Part shown: positions 22,901 to 35,200 of the stretch, piece by piece
Position numbering within the stretch: position 1 is the first letter of the stretch
Layout of the letters: each line of letters starts with the position of its first letter
DNA from: Macrostomum hystrix
Taxonomy: Eukaryota; Animalia; Platyhelminthes
Length of the DNA: 64,000 nucleotides
Reading direction: 5' to 3'
Assembly: GCA_950097015.1 (NCBI GenBank)
Contig: CATNEN010000003.1
Location: forward strand, 868,001-932,000
Translations under genes and position numbers: made by a program
The notes under the pieces: generated by a model
The model's input: only the letters and a program-made list of their open reading frames with translations
Database searches by the model: none
Told to the model about the DNA's origin: nothing

Positions 22901-23511
22901 GTAATAAATAGGTAATATAATATAGCATATAGTGACAAATAATTTTATAAGCCCAAATAATCTAACTACAAAAACTAGTTTAAGATAGTATCTGAAAATT
23001 TATGTTGTGTCATAATTTTTAAATAGTGAAAGCTTACATAAATTCATATATGCGCAACACCCGGCCGACCCGGCCGAACTGGCTGGGTGAAACGAGGGCC
23101 AAGCAAGGTAAGTTGCAAACACCAATCAACCAAGCGCAGAAAAATCAAAGGGGGACCAAGGGACAAAAAAGGAAGGCGTGAAGAAGAGGAAAAGGGGGAG
23201 AGTATAATAGAACAAATGAGAGCAAACTAAGTCGTAATGTAAATAGAGCAATGAAACGAACTAAGTCGCAACTGAGAGCAAACTAAGTCGTAAATAGAGC
23301 AAAAACTAAGTCGCACGGCCAGCTAAGATTTGGGAGGTTGCGCATGTATGATCATGAAGATACTAAAAGAAGCTGTAGTGTCAAATGGTAGCTACTAATT
23401 ATTAAATACAAAATTAAATACTGGCCAACAACTATAGTCATAGCGTGTCATATTTAACAACCAATACAAACATTTATGATGTGCTCATGCAGCAAATTAC
23501 AAACTTACCAT
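4983..23511 (-). CDS. Protein 4.1/Coracle-like FERM + FERM-adjacent protein with two DDX1-type SPRY domains (~1174 aa, 15 coding exons)
   Basis: Phase-consistent GT-AG exons: 23509-23511 (ATG only, least certain), 19995-20360, 18351-18455, 16578-16620, 12307-12964, 11805-11968, 11436-11725, 10350-10937, 8312-8824, 7695-7757, 7456-7587, 7208-7354, 5940-6158, 5760-5855, 4983-5120 (TGA). FERM motifs: [111 protein letters not shown]. FA-like NKWNYTGPT. Two SPRY repeats (WQGCRA...WYYE...RLGWST...GDVVGVYVDLD...LYPA...NFG). Confidence 0.85.
5385..5612 (-). mobile_element. SINE family A copy (a further degenerate fragment lies at ~5160-5300)
   Basis: Plus strand shows GGAATCGAACCC (B-box on minus), GTTAAGTGTCTTGCTAAAG and CCATTTAACAGCTGG, as in the other family A copies. 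Confidence 0.7.
6560..7080. repeat. Minisatellite, 16-bp unit GGAGAGATAAGACACT, degenerating rightwards
   Basis: Near-perfect copies at 6575-6765, degenerate GGAGAGATGAGA.. copies to ~7080; inside a FERM-gene intron. Confidence 0.9.
7915..8235 (-). mobile_element. tRNA-derived SINE family B, near full length
   Basis: Minus strand: A-box TGGCAGAGTGG, B-box-like GGGCTCGATTCC, body GTATCTGTGTGCGTGTGTACTCAGGAGTCAGCGAAATGGGCAGAATTGCC, (ATT)n tail; five other copies in the window. Confidence 0.75.
8866..10280. repeat. Composite 34-bp minisatellite: GAATTCAGGGAACTGAGCTCTCACAACAATTGAA (~34 copies), then AAACTTCAGGGAACTGAACTATCAGAGACAATAA (~7 copies)
   Basis: Seen directly; fills nearly all of the intron between the two SPRY exons. 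Confidence 0.95.
11070..11345 (-). mobile_element. SINE family A copy
   Basis: GAGAATCGAACCC, GGTACCCATTCAACAGCTGGGTGAACTGAAGCAATGCAG and CAGTCCATGGAC shared with family A. Confidence 0.7.
12020..12262. repeat. Degenerate ~34-bp minisatellite (GGATGGGAGATTACCCAACACTTTCCCGAGGGTA)
   Basis: About 7 copies filling the intron 11969-12306. Confidence 0.8.
13090..13390 (+). mobile_element. SINE family B copy (internally deleted 5' part)
   Basis: GGTCTAACACGTTTGCCTCT head remnant, GTGCTCAGGAGACAGCGAAATGGGCAGAATTG body, (ATT)n tail. Confidence 0.7.
14260..14711. mobile_element. hAT (Charlie-like) MITE containing a 16-bp minisatellite (14340-14620)
   Basis: Imperfect TIRs CAGCGGTTGGCAAACT / AGTTTGCCGACCCTTG; subterminal GCGGGCCGCA and GGCCCGCAGGCCG; flanks CTTTAGAG / CTTTTCAG match at 6 of 8 bases (decayed 8-bp TSD). 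Confidence 0.6.
15296..16145. repeat. Minisatellite, 31-bp unit GAATATTTGAACTGGAT(G/T)TCTTAGAATCGTG
   Basis: About 27 tandem copies, degenerating at the right end. Confidence 0.95.
16765..17890. repeat. Purine-rich minisatellite, 25-bp unit CACAGTAGAGGAGG(GGAG/TGAT)AAAGAG(A/G)
   Basis: About 45 copies; explains the three spurious ~400-aa minus-strand ORFs. Confidence 0.95.
18600..19265. repeat. Minisatellite, ~28-29 bp unit TAGATAGGGAAATCCC(T/C/A)TTGAATGCC
   Basis: About 22 copies of varying divergence. Confidence 0.9.
20956..21596. mobile_element. MITE (~640 bp) with TIR GGGTAATGTATCATC, flanked by TA
   Basis: TIRs at both ends; a second, highly similar copy lies at ~58303-59414; both copies are flanked by TA. 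Confidence 0.8.
22281..22886. mobile_element. MITE, 606 bp, 17-bp TIR, 8-bp TSD (hAT/P-type)
   Basis: TIR CCATAGTCCGGATCATG / CATGATCCGGACTATGG; TSD AGTATGGT at 22273-22280 and 22887-22894; many internal GGCGTAAG motifs near both ends. Confidence 0.85.
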
Positions 23512-25034
23512 TCCTAATTAAGCTATTGCTTAAACCTAATGATTGAGATCAAATAAAAGTTGCCAAGTAGACAGTCACAACAATAAATAAAGGCAATAAA
23601 CCTTGATCTATTTGCTTAAATATTTGTTGCGCGCAGGAGACTATTGTATAAATATCAAAGATATAAACCAAACAGTCCTAACTAAATAACTAGAATGCCT
23701 AGCCTTCAAAGCGAGCGCATTAACTTAGTGGTACAATGCTGCACGAGATGGATCTGTAATAGATTTCCTTCTATAATATTTTGTTGGTGACTAATTCAGG
23801 GTTTTTATAGGATTTCAAATAACATTCAATAAATTTTTATGTATTACTAATAATAAGTTTTTTAAATATATTTCCAAGGCAACATCTAAATTACGTCTTT
23901 ATTCATTTATATACCGTTAGTTATTTGTTTTTATGCTTAAAACGAAAAAACATTTAAGATATTCTAAGCCGTTACAATAAATGCCTCATAATTATACAAG
24001 GAAGTGGCTTTTCGTACGGCAGTCCGGAAATATAAAATCCAATAATTCACCATGAAGAAGCTTGCCGCGGGTTAGCGAACACGTATAATTTTATCATCTA
24101 AGCGTGCAGAAAATTATCAAACAGTTTTTATTCATAAGAAAAAATCTACAAGCATCGCAGTTTACATTTTAGATTTGTTATAACTCGTTTCATCATTTCT
24201 TGGACATGCACTACAAGATAGGAGATTCTGCCGTAGGAATAGCCACTACTATTATACAAACTACCTAAGATTTAGGTAAATTCAGAAAAAAACAATTCTA
24301 AAGCTCTTTTATCACAATCAAAATTTTTATAATGGCTAAATTAATGCATTAAAGTTTAGTTAGAGATACTTTTTAGACCTATGTGCGCAGACTTTGCAGG
24401 TCTATGATCGATCGATGTTCACCTTTTTTAAATTCAATGTGACGAAAAAAGATATGTTCGCGTGCGCAGTTTAGATGTGTAAAGCAGGATAGCGAAGTCA
24501 GCCAGTAGAAATGTTGCCAGCCTATGTTTTGCCAGTGGGATATTTGCGAGCCGAAGTTTGTCATGCGATGATTTCCAGCGGATTTTTGCGAGCTAATGTT
24601 TGCGCCAGCCGACGTTTTCCAGCCGACGTGTGCCAGCGGGAAATTTGCTAGCAAAGCTCACTGTCTTACTGCACACTATACATCAAAATTGTAAATTTAG
24701 TTGAGGTATTCATCTACTTTCTGTATGAAGATAACTATAGGGAGATGTTCGGAGAATAATAATTACGAGCTTGTAGTGGACCTAAAAGCGAAGATTTCGG
24801 TATGACGATTTGGAGCTCTAAAGTTATCCAACGTCTCTCACGTACTTTTGCCATGCCACTTGACCATCGTTTCCCCAAACCTTTGTTGGCTTAGTTATCG
24901 TCTATGGTCTGACGCTTAGTTATCGTCTATGGTCTGACGCTTAGTTATCGTCTATGGTCTGACGCTTAGTTATCGTCTATGGTCTGACGCACAGTTGCGA
25001 CTTAGATGAAGCCACTTGTTGCGCGAGTTTGGCT

Positions 25035-25855
25035 CATGGAGGATAGAATAGAATGGAGTGCCAATCTGAGCCGGTTATTTTTGTTTCGCTCGATCTTCAC
25101 TTTTAACATCCCGTTCCCCCCCGTTCCTTCCTATTGGCTCGTGACTGCCATAGACGAACTCATTTTCGTCCCCCTCTGAAAGTAATATCCTTGTGTATTA
25201 AGAGCATACATCAAAATATGCTTTTCAGAGTATTAATTTCTACACTAACTAGAGCTACACTACAGCTGAGTACCGCTAAGCTAAGCTGAGTTACCCTTCG
25301 CTGCCAGAATCGCTAATTCTTGAAGACAATTTGTTTCGAAATGCATTAGTTTTAAGTTTTTTGTTTCTAAGAGTTACTGCATGAACTGGCAGCAATAAGT
25401 TAAATGTGTTTTATGTTTTTTCAGCAGAATTTAGTGCTGCCTTTTATTTTCCATGCATATAAGTATTTTCTGTTCCCTTTGGCTGTCCCTTTTGCTATTT
25501 TCTTCACATATTGTTTTCTTTGTACGGAACGACTTTTGTATATACACTGTAAAATATACCGTATCTGCACCGTATTGTATCATTGACAGGATTTAGATTA
25601 AATCTTATGACTTGACCTAATATACAGAGGGACGCAGAATGAATCGTTTGCTCAAAGCCTTACATGCGGTTTCCACTGGCATTATAGTCACATAGTCCAC
25701 GATATTACTATCATAGGGGGACGAAAACGAGTTCGTCTATGGCAGTCACGAGCCAATAGGAAGGAACGGGGGGGAACGGGATGTTAAAAGTGAAGATCGA
25801 GCGAAACAAAAATAACCGGCTCAGATTGGCACTCCATTCTATTCTATCCTCCATG
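25035..25855. mobile_element. Non-autonomous DNA transposon (821 bp, ~145-bp TIRs, 8-bp TSD; P/hAT-type) nested in the 5' LTR
   Basis: Begins CATGGAGGATAGAATAG and ends CTATTCTATCCTCCATG; TSD GTTTGGCT at 25027-25034 and 25856-25863; the 3' LTR shows the empty site. Confidence 0.92.
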
Positions 25856-25966
25856 GTTTGGCTGTTTAACTTTCTGCTCGCAGGCCAGAGAGCTACACAC
25901 AAAAATATGCTAGAGTTCTGATCCTCTACATTGGTGAGCCCGACGTCCTCAACCGACTGCTTGAGG

Positions 25967-28900
25967 ATGACCGAATCTGCTGTCACCGTGAAGCTTCCAG
26001 CGTTTTGGACTTCGCAACAACGCGCCTGGTTCATCCAAGCCGAGGCACAGTTTAGCCTCCTGAACGTCACCCTAGATACGACTAAGTACTGCCATCTAGT
26101 GGCGGCATTGGACCAGCAGACAGCAGAGCGTCTCCTAGATGTGCTCGATGCCCAGAAATACGAACAGCTCAAGGCCCGTCTTCTCAACACCTACAGCCTT
26201 TCACGACAGCAGCGTGCCAGCCAGTTACTGGGCATGTCGGGGTTGGGCGACAGGAAATCGTCCCAGCTCATGGACGAAATGCTCGCCTTGCTCGGCGACC
26301 ACCGGCCCTGTTTGCTTTTTGAGGAGTTGTTCCGCCAACAGCTTCCAAGCGACATCCGCTTAGCGCTGGTGTCCGCCGATTTCGCCGATCCAAGGGCGGT
26401 CGCACAACGGGCCGACGAGCTGTGGGCCTGCCGCCCCCAACCGGTGATCGCCACCGCCCAGCTGGCTGAACAACTGCCCTTAGTCGCTACCGCGCAACAC
26501 CGCCGCGACGACAGACGTCGACCCATCCGACATCCACCCTCTGACGAGCAACACGACTTGTGTTTCTTCCATCGCAAGTTCGGTGCAAGTCGGGTGGTGC
26601 CGTTGCGAGCCACCCTGCAAGTTCAAGGGAAACGGCCAGGCCGGTCGTCAATAAACACCTCGACGACCGGCGAGAACAACAATCTTTTGCTTATCCCGGA
26701 CATACACACAGGTCGGCGTTTCCTAGTGGATACCGGTGCAGAAGTGAGTCTTTTTCCTGCATCCGGGGTCGATGCGCGTACAATCACCCCTAGGCCACCG
26801 CTCCTCGCCGCCAACGGCAGCCAGATCCGTACATTTGGCAGTCGCACCATCACTCTCGACCTTGGCGTTCGAACCTGCACCTGGTCTTTCATTCTTGCCG
26901 AAGTGTCGCGCCCCTCATGGGCACCGATTTCCTGTTACACCACGGTCTGTTGGTCGACTTACCTAACCGCCGCCTGCTGGACTCCCACTCACTGGCCAGC
27001 ACACATCTGATCCTCGGTTGCGGCACAGCACTTCGGCTGGCGGCCGCCGTCGCCCGCGACCCGTACAGTACGTTGCTGGCGGAGTTTCCGTCGCTCACGG
27101 AGCCGAGTTTTCAACGGGCACAACCACGCCACGGCGTCGAACATTTCATTCAGACGCAAGGCCCCCAAACCCATGCCCGCTCACGCCGCCTAGCACCCGA
27201 CAAGTTGGCCATAGCTAAAGCGGAATTCCCTGGAAAACCCTGGAACAGCTCGGCATCATTCGTCGGTCCGACAGCCCCTGGTCATCACCGCTCCACATGG
27301 TGCCGAAGTCGTCTGGAGGCTGGCGTCCCGTTACCCGTTATCGAACATTCAGGACTTTTCCGCGCACCTGGCCGGCAGTACCATTTTCTTAAAGATTGAC
27401 CTGGTCCGAGGCTACCACCAGATACCAGTGGCAGAAATTGATATCCCTAAAACGGCCATCATCACACCGTTTGGACTCTTTGAGTTCCTCCGCATGCCTT
27501 TCGGACTCAAGAACGCTGCACAGACATTCCAGCGACTCGTGGACTCTATCAGCCAGGATTTGCCTTTCGTTTTCGCCTACTTGGACGATTTCCTTGTGGC
27601 CAGCAGCGACCAAACGCAGCACGTGGAGCACCTGCGCACCTTGTTTCGCCGCCTAGTCGACAACGGTCTGCTGTTGAATCCGGCCAAATGCCAGTTCGGA
27701 CGTACCGAGATCGATTTCTTGGGCCACAGAATCAATCAAAGCGGCGCCTGGCCTCTGCCAGACAAGGTCGATGCGGTCGTCAAGTTTGCACCTCCGACCA
27801 CCATCAAAGGCTTGCAAGAATTCGCCGGTATGGTGAACTTCTACCACCGATTTGTTCCACATGCCGCCCAGTTGCTACGCCCCATTTACGCCACCATTGC
27901 AAGTAAGAGCCGACTTGTTCAGCGGACGCCCAGTCTACTCGATGCTTTCACCGCCAACAAACAGGCCCTAGCTCAGTCAACTTTACTGGCACACCCTAGG
28001 CCCACTGCGCAGACGGCCCTGACCGTCGACGCCTCGGACACGGCCGTTGGCGCGGTCTTGGAACAGCGAATTGCTGGCGGGTGGCAACCACTCGCCTTGT
28101 TCAGCCGACAATTGCGTCCCGCGGAACAGAAATACAGCGCGTTCGACTGGGAGTTACTGGCGCTATATTTGGCCACACGGCACTTCCGTTATTTCCTCGA
28201 AGGGACGCGTTTTCACAATCTACACGGATCACAAGCCGGATGACATCCGCGATGTCCAAGTTATCGGATCCTTGGTCCGCACGACAACAGCGTCATCTAG
28301 CGTCTAGCGTCAAGGACAACTCAGTTGCAGACGCTCTATCCCGTTGCACAGTAGCAAGTGTGCACACATTGTTGCCAGGAGTGGACTATGCGGCATTGTC
28401 GAAGGAGCAGCACCAGCTGGTAATGCCGACGGCGACTCCCAGTCTCAAGCTCGAGCTCGTCACCATGCATCCTGATTTGGAATTGCTTTGTGACATGTCG
28501 ACCGGGCGCCCGCGCCCGTTGGTGCCAGTGAGTTTCCGTCGTGCCGTTTTCGATGCGGTCCACGGATTAGCCCATCCCTCCATCCGCAGCACTCGTCGCC
28601 TCATCGCAGTTAAATTCGTCTAGCCCGGTCTCAACCGAGACGTGAGCCAGAGGGCTCGCTGTTGCCTTCCGTGCCAACAAGCCAAGGTCCATCGGCATAG
28701 CACGACAACGCCGGACATCATCCCCGTACCGACCAGCCGTTTCGCCCACGTCCACATCGACATTGTTGGTCCCCTGCCGCAGTCCCACGGGTTCACGCAC
28801 CTGCTGACGATGGTCGACCGACCGTTTTACGCGCTGGCCTGAGGCGATACCCATCACTGACACGTCCGCCAGCGTCTGTGCATCCGTTTTCATTTCTACC

Positions 28901-29740
28901 TGGATCGCTCGATTCGGAGTCCCCAGTGACATCACCACCGACAGGGGCCCGACTTTTACCTCCGAACTGTGGACCGCCGTTTCCAAACTGCTCGGCATGC
29001 ACGTGCATCACACCACAGCGTTTCACCCGCAGTCCAACGGTTTAGTCGAGCGTTTCCATCGCCAGCTCAAAGCGTCACTCATGGCACGCCTTTCCAGTCC
29101 GAACTGGACGGACGAGTTGCCGTGGGTCCTGTTGGGCATCCGGACGGCACCCAAAGAGGACCTTCCCTCGTCGTCGGCCGAGTTGGTGTTTGGCGCCCCG
29201 TTGCTTTTGCCTGGCGAGTGCATACAGGTTGGCCCACCTACAGCGCTGCACAGCACGTTCCTCACCAACCTGCGCGCCGCCATTCAAGCTTTCCGTCCTC
29301 AGCCAAACGTCCCACATGGCAACCGACAGGCATCGGAGCTAGTCGCCCTGGCTACATGCCCCTTTGTGTTCATCCGCCGGGATGGCTACCGCGCGCCGTT
29401 CCAGAAACCATACACAGGACCTTTCCTAGTCCTTCAGCGCTACACCAAAACTTTCCTTCTCGATCTCGGCACGCGTCAGGACCATGTTTCCGTTGACCGG
29501 CTAAAGCCAGCGGTCCTGGATCCGTCCGATCCCGTCCCACCGCCGGACATCCGGCGCAGAGGTCGACCCACCCGCTCGTCCGTTCCGTCAACGCACCCTC
29601 TACCTGACCCAGGGACGGAGACCACTACGGAGCACCGCCCGTTTGCCAGACCGCCAAGGACCCACCTGGCGACAGGCGAACCGGCGGACCGCCGTTTCCT
29701 GCCGCCCCGTCGTTGTCGCCCGACGCACTTTTCATCGTAG
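25967..29740 (+). pseudogene. Disrupted gag-pol (Gag, protease, RT, RNase H, integrase) of the CsRn1-like element
   Basis: FLVDTGAEVS (PR), MPFGLKNA / YLDD (RT), TVDAS..ELLALY (RH), HGLAH..CLPC (IN zinc finger), HIDIVGPL, TDRG, HPQSNGLVERFHR, PYTGPF (IN); split across frames by several frameshifts and a TAG at 28621. Confidence 0.9.
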
Positions 29741-30125
29741 CGCCGTGCTGTGGGAGAATGATGTAGCGGACCTAAAAGCGAAGATTTCGATATGACGATT
29801 TGGAGCTCTAAAGTTATCCAACGTCTCTCACGTACTTTGCCATGCCACTTGACCATCGTTTCCCCAAACCTTTGTTGGCTTAGTATCGTCTATGGTCCTT
29901 AGTCTGACGCACAGTTGCGACTTAGATGAAGCCACTTGTTGCGCGAGTTTGGCTGTTTAACTTTCTGCTCGCAAGCTAGAGAGCTACACACAAATATATG
30001 CTAGAGTTCTGATCCTCTACAAGCTAGCTTGCAGAATCAAATAGTTTTAATACATCATATATACCTGTATTCTACTCCATCATGGAGCCCATGATATACA
30101 ATACAAGCCTTATCGTATACATTTA

Positions 30126-30262
30126 TCGGCGGTGATGGCGGACAGTGAGCTGCGCCTGCATTCCGGCCAGTATACCATCGGCTGCTCATCTTCGTGGAAG
30201 ATCCACGCGTCGCTCGACCTCCTGGAAGGGACTCGGCATAGCTGATTCAGAGCATCCAGGTA
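30126..30262 (+). pseudogene. Inverted, degenerate copy of the 3' part of CLCA-like exon 1
   Basis: GGTGATGGCGGACAGTGAGCTGCGCCTGCA..CATCGGCTGCTCATCTTCGTGGAAGATCCACGCG..GGAAGGGACTCGGCA matches the minus-strand sequence of 36319-36450, with an indel and substitutions. Confidence 0.85.
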
Positions 30263-30284
30263 CTTGTTGCCGCTTCGGTTAAAT

Positions 30285-30575
30285 ATGCGGCGATTATGCG
30301 GCGAGGCCATGATTCATTGGGGCGCAGCCGCGTAGAGAATGTTGAATGCTTGGGGCCTTGTCGTGCAATTTGCACCGTTGAGGGAAAACCTGGTGGGCGA
30401 AATGAAATTTTACACTGGCCTGACGATTAGAAAGTCAGGTCAGATGTACACAACTGTGTGCGTGTGTGCTCAGGAGTCAGCGGAATGTGCACAATTTCCT
30501 TCTCGCTGGCTGCGGGACTAGTGTTACAAAATAATGTGCCTTTCCCCATAGCCCTCCCGCAATTATTATTATTGT
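30285..30575 (+). mobile_element. SINE family B copy
   Basis: GCGAGGCC..GGGGCGCAGCCGCG..CCTGACGATTAGAAAGTCAGG..GTGCTCAGGAGTCAGCGGAATG..(ATT)n tail. Confidence 0.7.
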
Positions 30576-32220
30576 ATGCGCGTGTGCATAGGAGCCAGTG
30601 AAAAGAGTAGAATTGGCTCTGGCTTGTTGCGGGTCTACAGCCGCTAAATCATGCGTCAGTATCCACTGCAGCCATCCAGTGGTCAGATAAAAAAGTCTTT
30701 TTATTGTAGGCATCAGGAAAATCGTTGCCCAACTTAGCAAGTCACATGCCATCGTCTAAATCATCAGAATACAGCACGCTGCTCAACGACTCTTAATGTC
30801 GCAGCCACCCAATATAACAAATAAATCGCGATTGAATATTGTCAAAGGCTCAAAAGGAAATTGGAAGCAGACCGCATATTTGGTATTGCGCTGCAAAAAA
30901 TATATGCTTCAGTAATTTTTTAAAGAATCATGTAGCGTTGCAACGAGTGTTTCGGTAGAAGTTATAAGCTTAAATATGTACTCGTATATGTTACAGGGCT
31001 TTATTTAATAACTGGCTTTTATAAGAAAATCCCACTTCTGACACCAAAGTTGTACCAGGGCAAAATTATTAATTAAGATCCCACCGCTGTTGACTCAATT
31101 TAAAAGATATTTAACTGGCGGTCCTTAAATGGGCCGTTTTAGCTTCTCAAATGGTAGCGTATGTATTCGCACGAGCGGTGACTAGGCAACTGTACACGTT
31201 TCCAGTCAATTAGGCGTCCCCGAGATTAGAGTTTAGCAGTTTCCTTTTTGCAATATTCTTAGTATAATTCTGAGTATAATTCTCACTACTATCTTCTCTT
31301 AAAATGAATAACACAATGTAACACTTCAAACTTCGAAATTTGCTTTAAAACACACACTTAACACTTTACACTTTACACTTTACACAACTTAACACACAAC
31401 ACACAACTTCAACTTCAACTTCAACTTCAACTTCAAACAACCCTTTACAGCCCTTTATTTTTCTTAGTCAAAATTTGCGGCTATATATACAGAGAAAAAT
31501 TAACTTTTGTTTTAATGGCAACATTTTACATAATATTATTTACAAGATACAAAAATAAAACAAAATTATTTACACACAGTATTACTTTTATTACGGTACG
31601 AAGATTAACAAAATATTTATTTTTGGCGCGTTTTTGATTTTTTATATTTTTACTATTTTTATAATAAGAGCAGAACGTATATACAATAAAACATAATGAT
31701 ACAACTAAAACACTGTCACATATAATTACTTTGTTTAAAAAACAATCAGTAAAAATATGCTAAAAATATCAGGCTTGTTTTGTTATATTGAAACAATCCA
31801 ATCGCTTTCGCTAAGACGAAATCGCCAAATAATAATATTTCTGTTTGATATGAATGAATGAATACGCATGGATACTTACAAAACTTGAACTCAAGATTAA
31901 ATAGTGCTTGTACTGTTTTCAAAAAAGATACTCGAGGATACTCAGGCATCTGTTTATATATAAACCGCATAAACTACTATACGAAGTTCCATATGCCTAA
32001 AATACAAACGAACATGTCGGTAAACTTCAAGGATATATATATAATTCTTAAGTAACGTTTTTTTTAAAACTTGCAAAACCGTTAGCTTTGAGTGTCTTTA
32101 AAAATTATAGACTTTCAGAAATCTTAAATTCTCGCATTCTTGCAAAAGCTAATAAAACTGCGATAATAACATGCACAAAAAACATTAAAGAAATTCATTT
32201 TCAAATTTTATGTCATCTGC

Positions 32221-35200
32221 TCAGATGTTCGGAGTGACCACAGCCGGATGGTCGAAGTAGTCGTTGGCAAAGCGAATGTTCACATCTGGTTCTTTCTTCG
32301 ATTCGTCCGGCTGAACCATTTTCAGAGCAGTCTCAGGATTTTCCGGGTTCGCAGGCGTCTGGTTCTTCAGCATACATCCATAATGCAGCTTCCACGCCAT
32401 CGCAGCAAAACAGATGACTGCAAAAAGCAAGCCGAGAATCAAACCTAGGACGCTGAAGCGGGGTTCTGGCTTGCTGGGAGTGGCCGAGTCCTCGGAAGGC
32501 AGCAGTCCGATGTGCATCAGCTCGGACAGCGACGGCGGAGTCAGATCGACGCTGACAAGATTCGAGTGCGGTCCGCTGATGTTCAGCTGCGAGACGCCGA
32601 CCACAGCCAGAAAAATGGAGCCTCGACCGGCCAGCTGGTGGAACAAGTTCAGCTGAACGGTGGAACCCGGAGCGCCAAGCTGGTCATCGCGGCTCAGGAC
32701 AGCCAAGGTCTGACAGGCTGAGAAATTTCCCAGGAGTTGCTCGTGCGAGCTGGAGAAGCGAATCTCATATTTGGCAGCTGAAATTCATTCAGTCGGTTGG
32801 TCATGCCAAGATTTGTGTATATCGCAATGGACGTTCGATTGGACAATTTGAGACGGCTAACTCACAAGCGTTGTGCCGCATCGGGTCCTCCACTGCTGTC
32901 CAATGCAGAAGCGCGGATTCGTTGAAAGCGTTCACCGTCAGTTGGAGATCGATCACTTTGGCTGGAGGCACGAGCTGCCGGTTGAAGTACGGATTTTGTC
33001 GTTGCACTGTCACTTTGCTAGCGGACGCAACGCGACTCACTGGGTAGAGTGACGTCACCGAGATGGCGAAGTCGCGAGGCTGGTTGAGCTCGGCGACTGG
33101 CAGGTAGGCGGAGTATATACCGTCGCTGGCTTTCAGGTCGGCTCCTAAGTGTGGTTCACTATTCCTTAAAGCTGGTCTGCGATACGAACGCTAGTATACG
33201 AGCAAGAGTGGACTCACCAGCCCCGTTGTCAATCAGATTCACTTCAGCAACCACCTGGGTATCGGACCTCACTGTGGCATACATTCTCCCGTGAAGCACA
33301 GGTGCGTGACCTCTCAACAGGCGTGCGTAAACAACGATCTTAGTGTCCTCAGAAATAGAACTAACGACACTCGGCCTGACTTGCGCTGTCAGGACCACCG
33401 GAGCTTCAATGCTGTTTTCAGACGAGCGTCCAGTGATCACAATGGAGCCGCCAGATCCGGTCGAGTGAGCACTTTCTGGTCGGCTTTCGGCTGCTTCGTC
33501 TCGAAGATACCAAAACCCGGTCTGAGTCAGAGTTTATATGGTCGAAGGGTTGAACTCGTATTGAAATCGATTGTCCTCATATCGCTTTACCATGTGCATT
33601 CTGCTAATCTGTTAGAAAACTCACCTCGATGTCACTGTCGGGAACTCGAATGGCAATCGTCCCGATCGCCGCATTGACCTCGTAGATATTGACAGAGTCC
33701 GAGTATCCGAACACTTTTCCCGATGGCGACGACAGAATCAGGCGAAGTTGTGACACAGCGCCAGTGTCGGTGGGCACAGTGACTCGGAACACCAGGTCGC
33801 GTTTCACAGAGTCGTCGATGCTGAATTTGCGACGAGTGAATTTTCCGCGAATCTCATCGGAAGTGAGCTGAAGATGAAATTCAAACGGGTCATGACATAA
33901 CTAGAACGGGATTGACTCATGAGGATAATATTAGTTTTATGTAACTGTACGCACTGTCAGCGTCCTCTTCGACTCCTCCAGCTCGATGGTCGTCCCTCCG
34001 AGTGCCAGTCGCAGGCCACTGATGTCAGCGACGTTTGAGCCTCCGAAGAACTTCATTCCGCCAGTCACATCAGCCAGCAGGTCCATCCTGGCATCCGCGG
34101 AGTCACCATAGCGAATGGAGACAACCTGGACGTTGCTGCCGGACAGGAGGTTGATCACACTTTCCAGCACAACAGAGCAGCCTTCCACGCCATCGGAGAG
34201 GAGAATGATCTGGCCTGTTACTGAGGCTATTTGCGATCTGTCGTTGAGGCCCAGCATCTGCATTACGAAAAGAAAAATATTTTTAACGGTAGTGGCATTT
34301 TTCGCTGTGCTTAAGCTTCTAGCGATTATAATTCTTCAACAGCTTACAGATGCAGCAGCGCGAACAGCACCTCCGATGCAGGTGCCTCCAGTAGCTACTA
34401 ACGCTGCCACCTGATTGGACAGCAATTCCCTCTGTGCTCTGGTCTGAATTCTCACAAAACCTGAGATCACTTGGTAAGAGTCGGTGAAGCTTATCAGAGC
34501 GCATTCCGAACCGTCCTCGATCAGCTCCATGAGGAACTGGCTGACTGCACTGATCATCATCGCGATTCTATGCCCCTGAAAATCAGTCAAGGAGTAGATG
34601 ATAATTCCTTACTGAGATGCAATTTTATGCACAGCACATGAACTAATTCAGCTAAATGTTTGACTTTTCAAGTACAATTCAATTCATGCACCACGTTTAA
34701 GACTATTCATTGAAAATTTAAAGCTTTGAAGCATCCTAAAGCTTTAATGTTTTTTTTAGTAAATCTCAGGATTTCAATCAGCTTACGCTCATGCTTCCAG
34801 ACACGTCCATGACAACCACTACGCGCCTGTTCGACTTCTCTGCCACCAAGTCAAACGTGACGTCTCTAAGAGTCGGATGAGCGCCGCTCGCAGTCGTTCT
34901 GTAGTCCGAGTGTAGACGGATGACCTCCGCTGCGCTCAGTCCGTCACACTGCCTGTTCATCAGACTGTCGACCATTCGGTTGTGCTTGAGGCGAGGGTCA
35001 CGTGACTCGCCGTCGCAGAATCGATTTACGGCTCGATGGAAGGGCGCGAACATGAAAGACGCAAGCGGGCCATCCGGCTGGGTGACGCTCAGACGGGGCG
35101 CGCAGCCGCGCGTCGTGCGACGCGATTTGACGTCGAACTTGCAGGTGGCGCTTCCGTCAGTGGCCTCCAGGCTGACGTTGAGCTCAGCGGAGCAGGCGGA

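Larger units (their letters stand above)
24772..30021 (+). mobile_element. Ty3/Gypsy LTR retrotransposon, CsRn1/Kabuki-like clade, decayed
   Basis: 5' LTR 24772-25930 (interrupted) and 3' LTR 29762-30021, both TGTAG...CTACA; 4-bp TSD AGCT; PBS TGGTGAGCCCGACGT (tRNA-Trp-like) at 25932; purine tract before the 3' LTR; gag VKLPAFW..WFIQAEAQF with a frameshifted CHCC-type knuckle. Confidence 0.92.

Noticed and set aside
23045-23350. Possible small MITE (CATATATGCGCAAC / GTTGCGCATGTATG)
   Set aside because: Only a 14-bp imperfect inverted repeat, no TSD, single copy.
24490-24655. Degenerate ~15-bp GCCAGC-containing periodicity
   Set aside because: Too diverged to define a unit or element boundaries.
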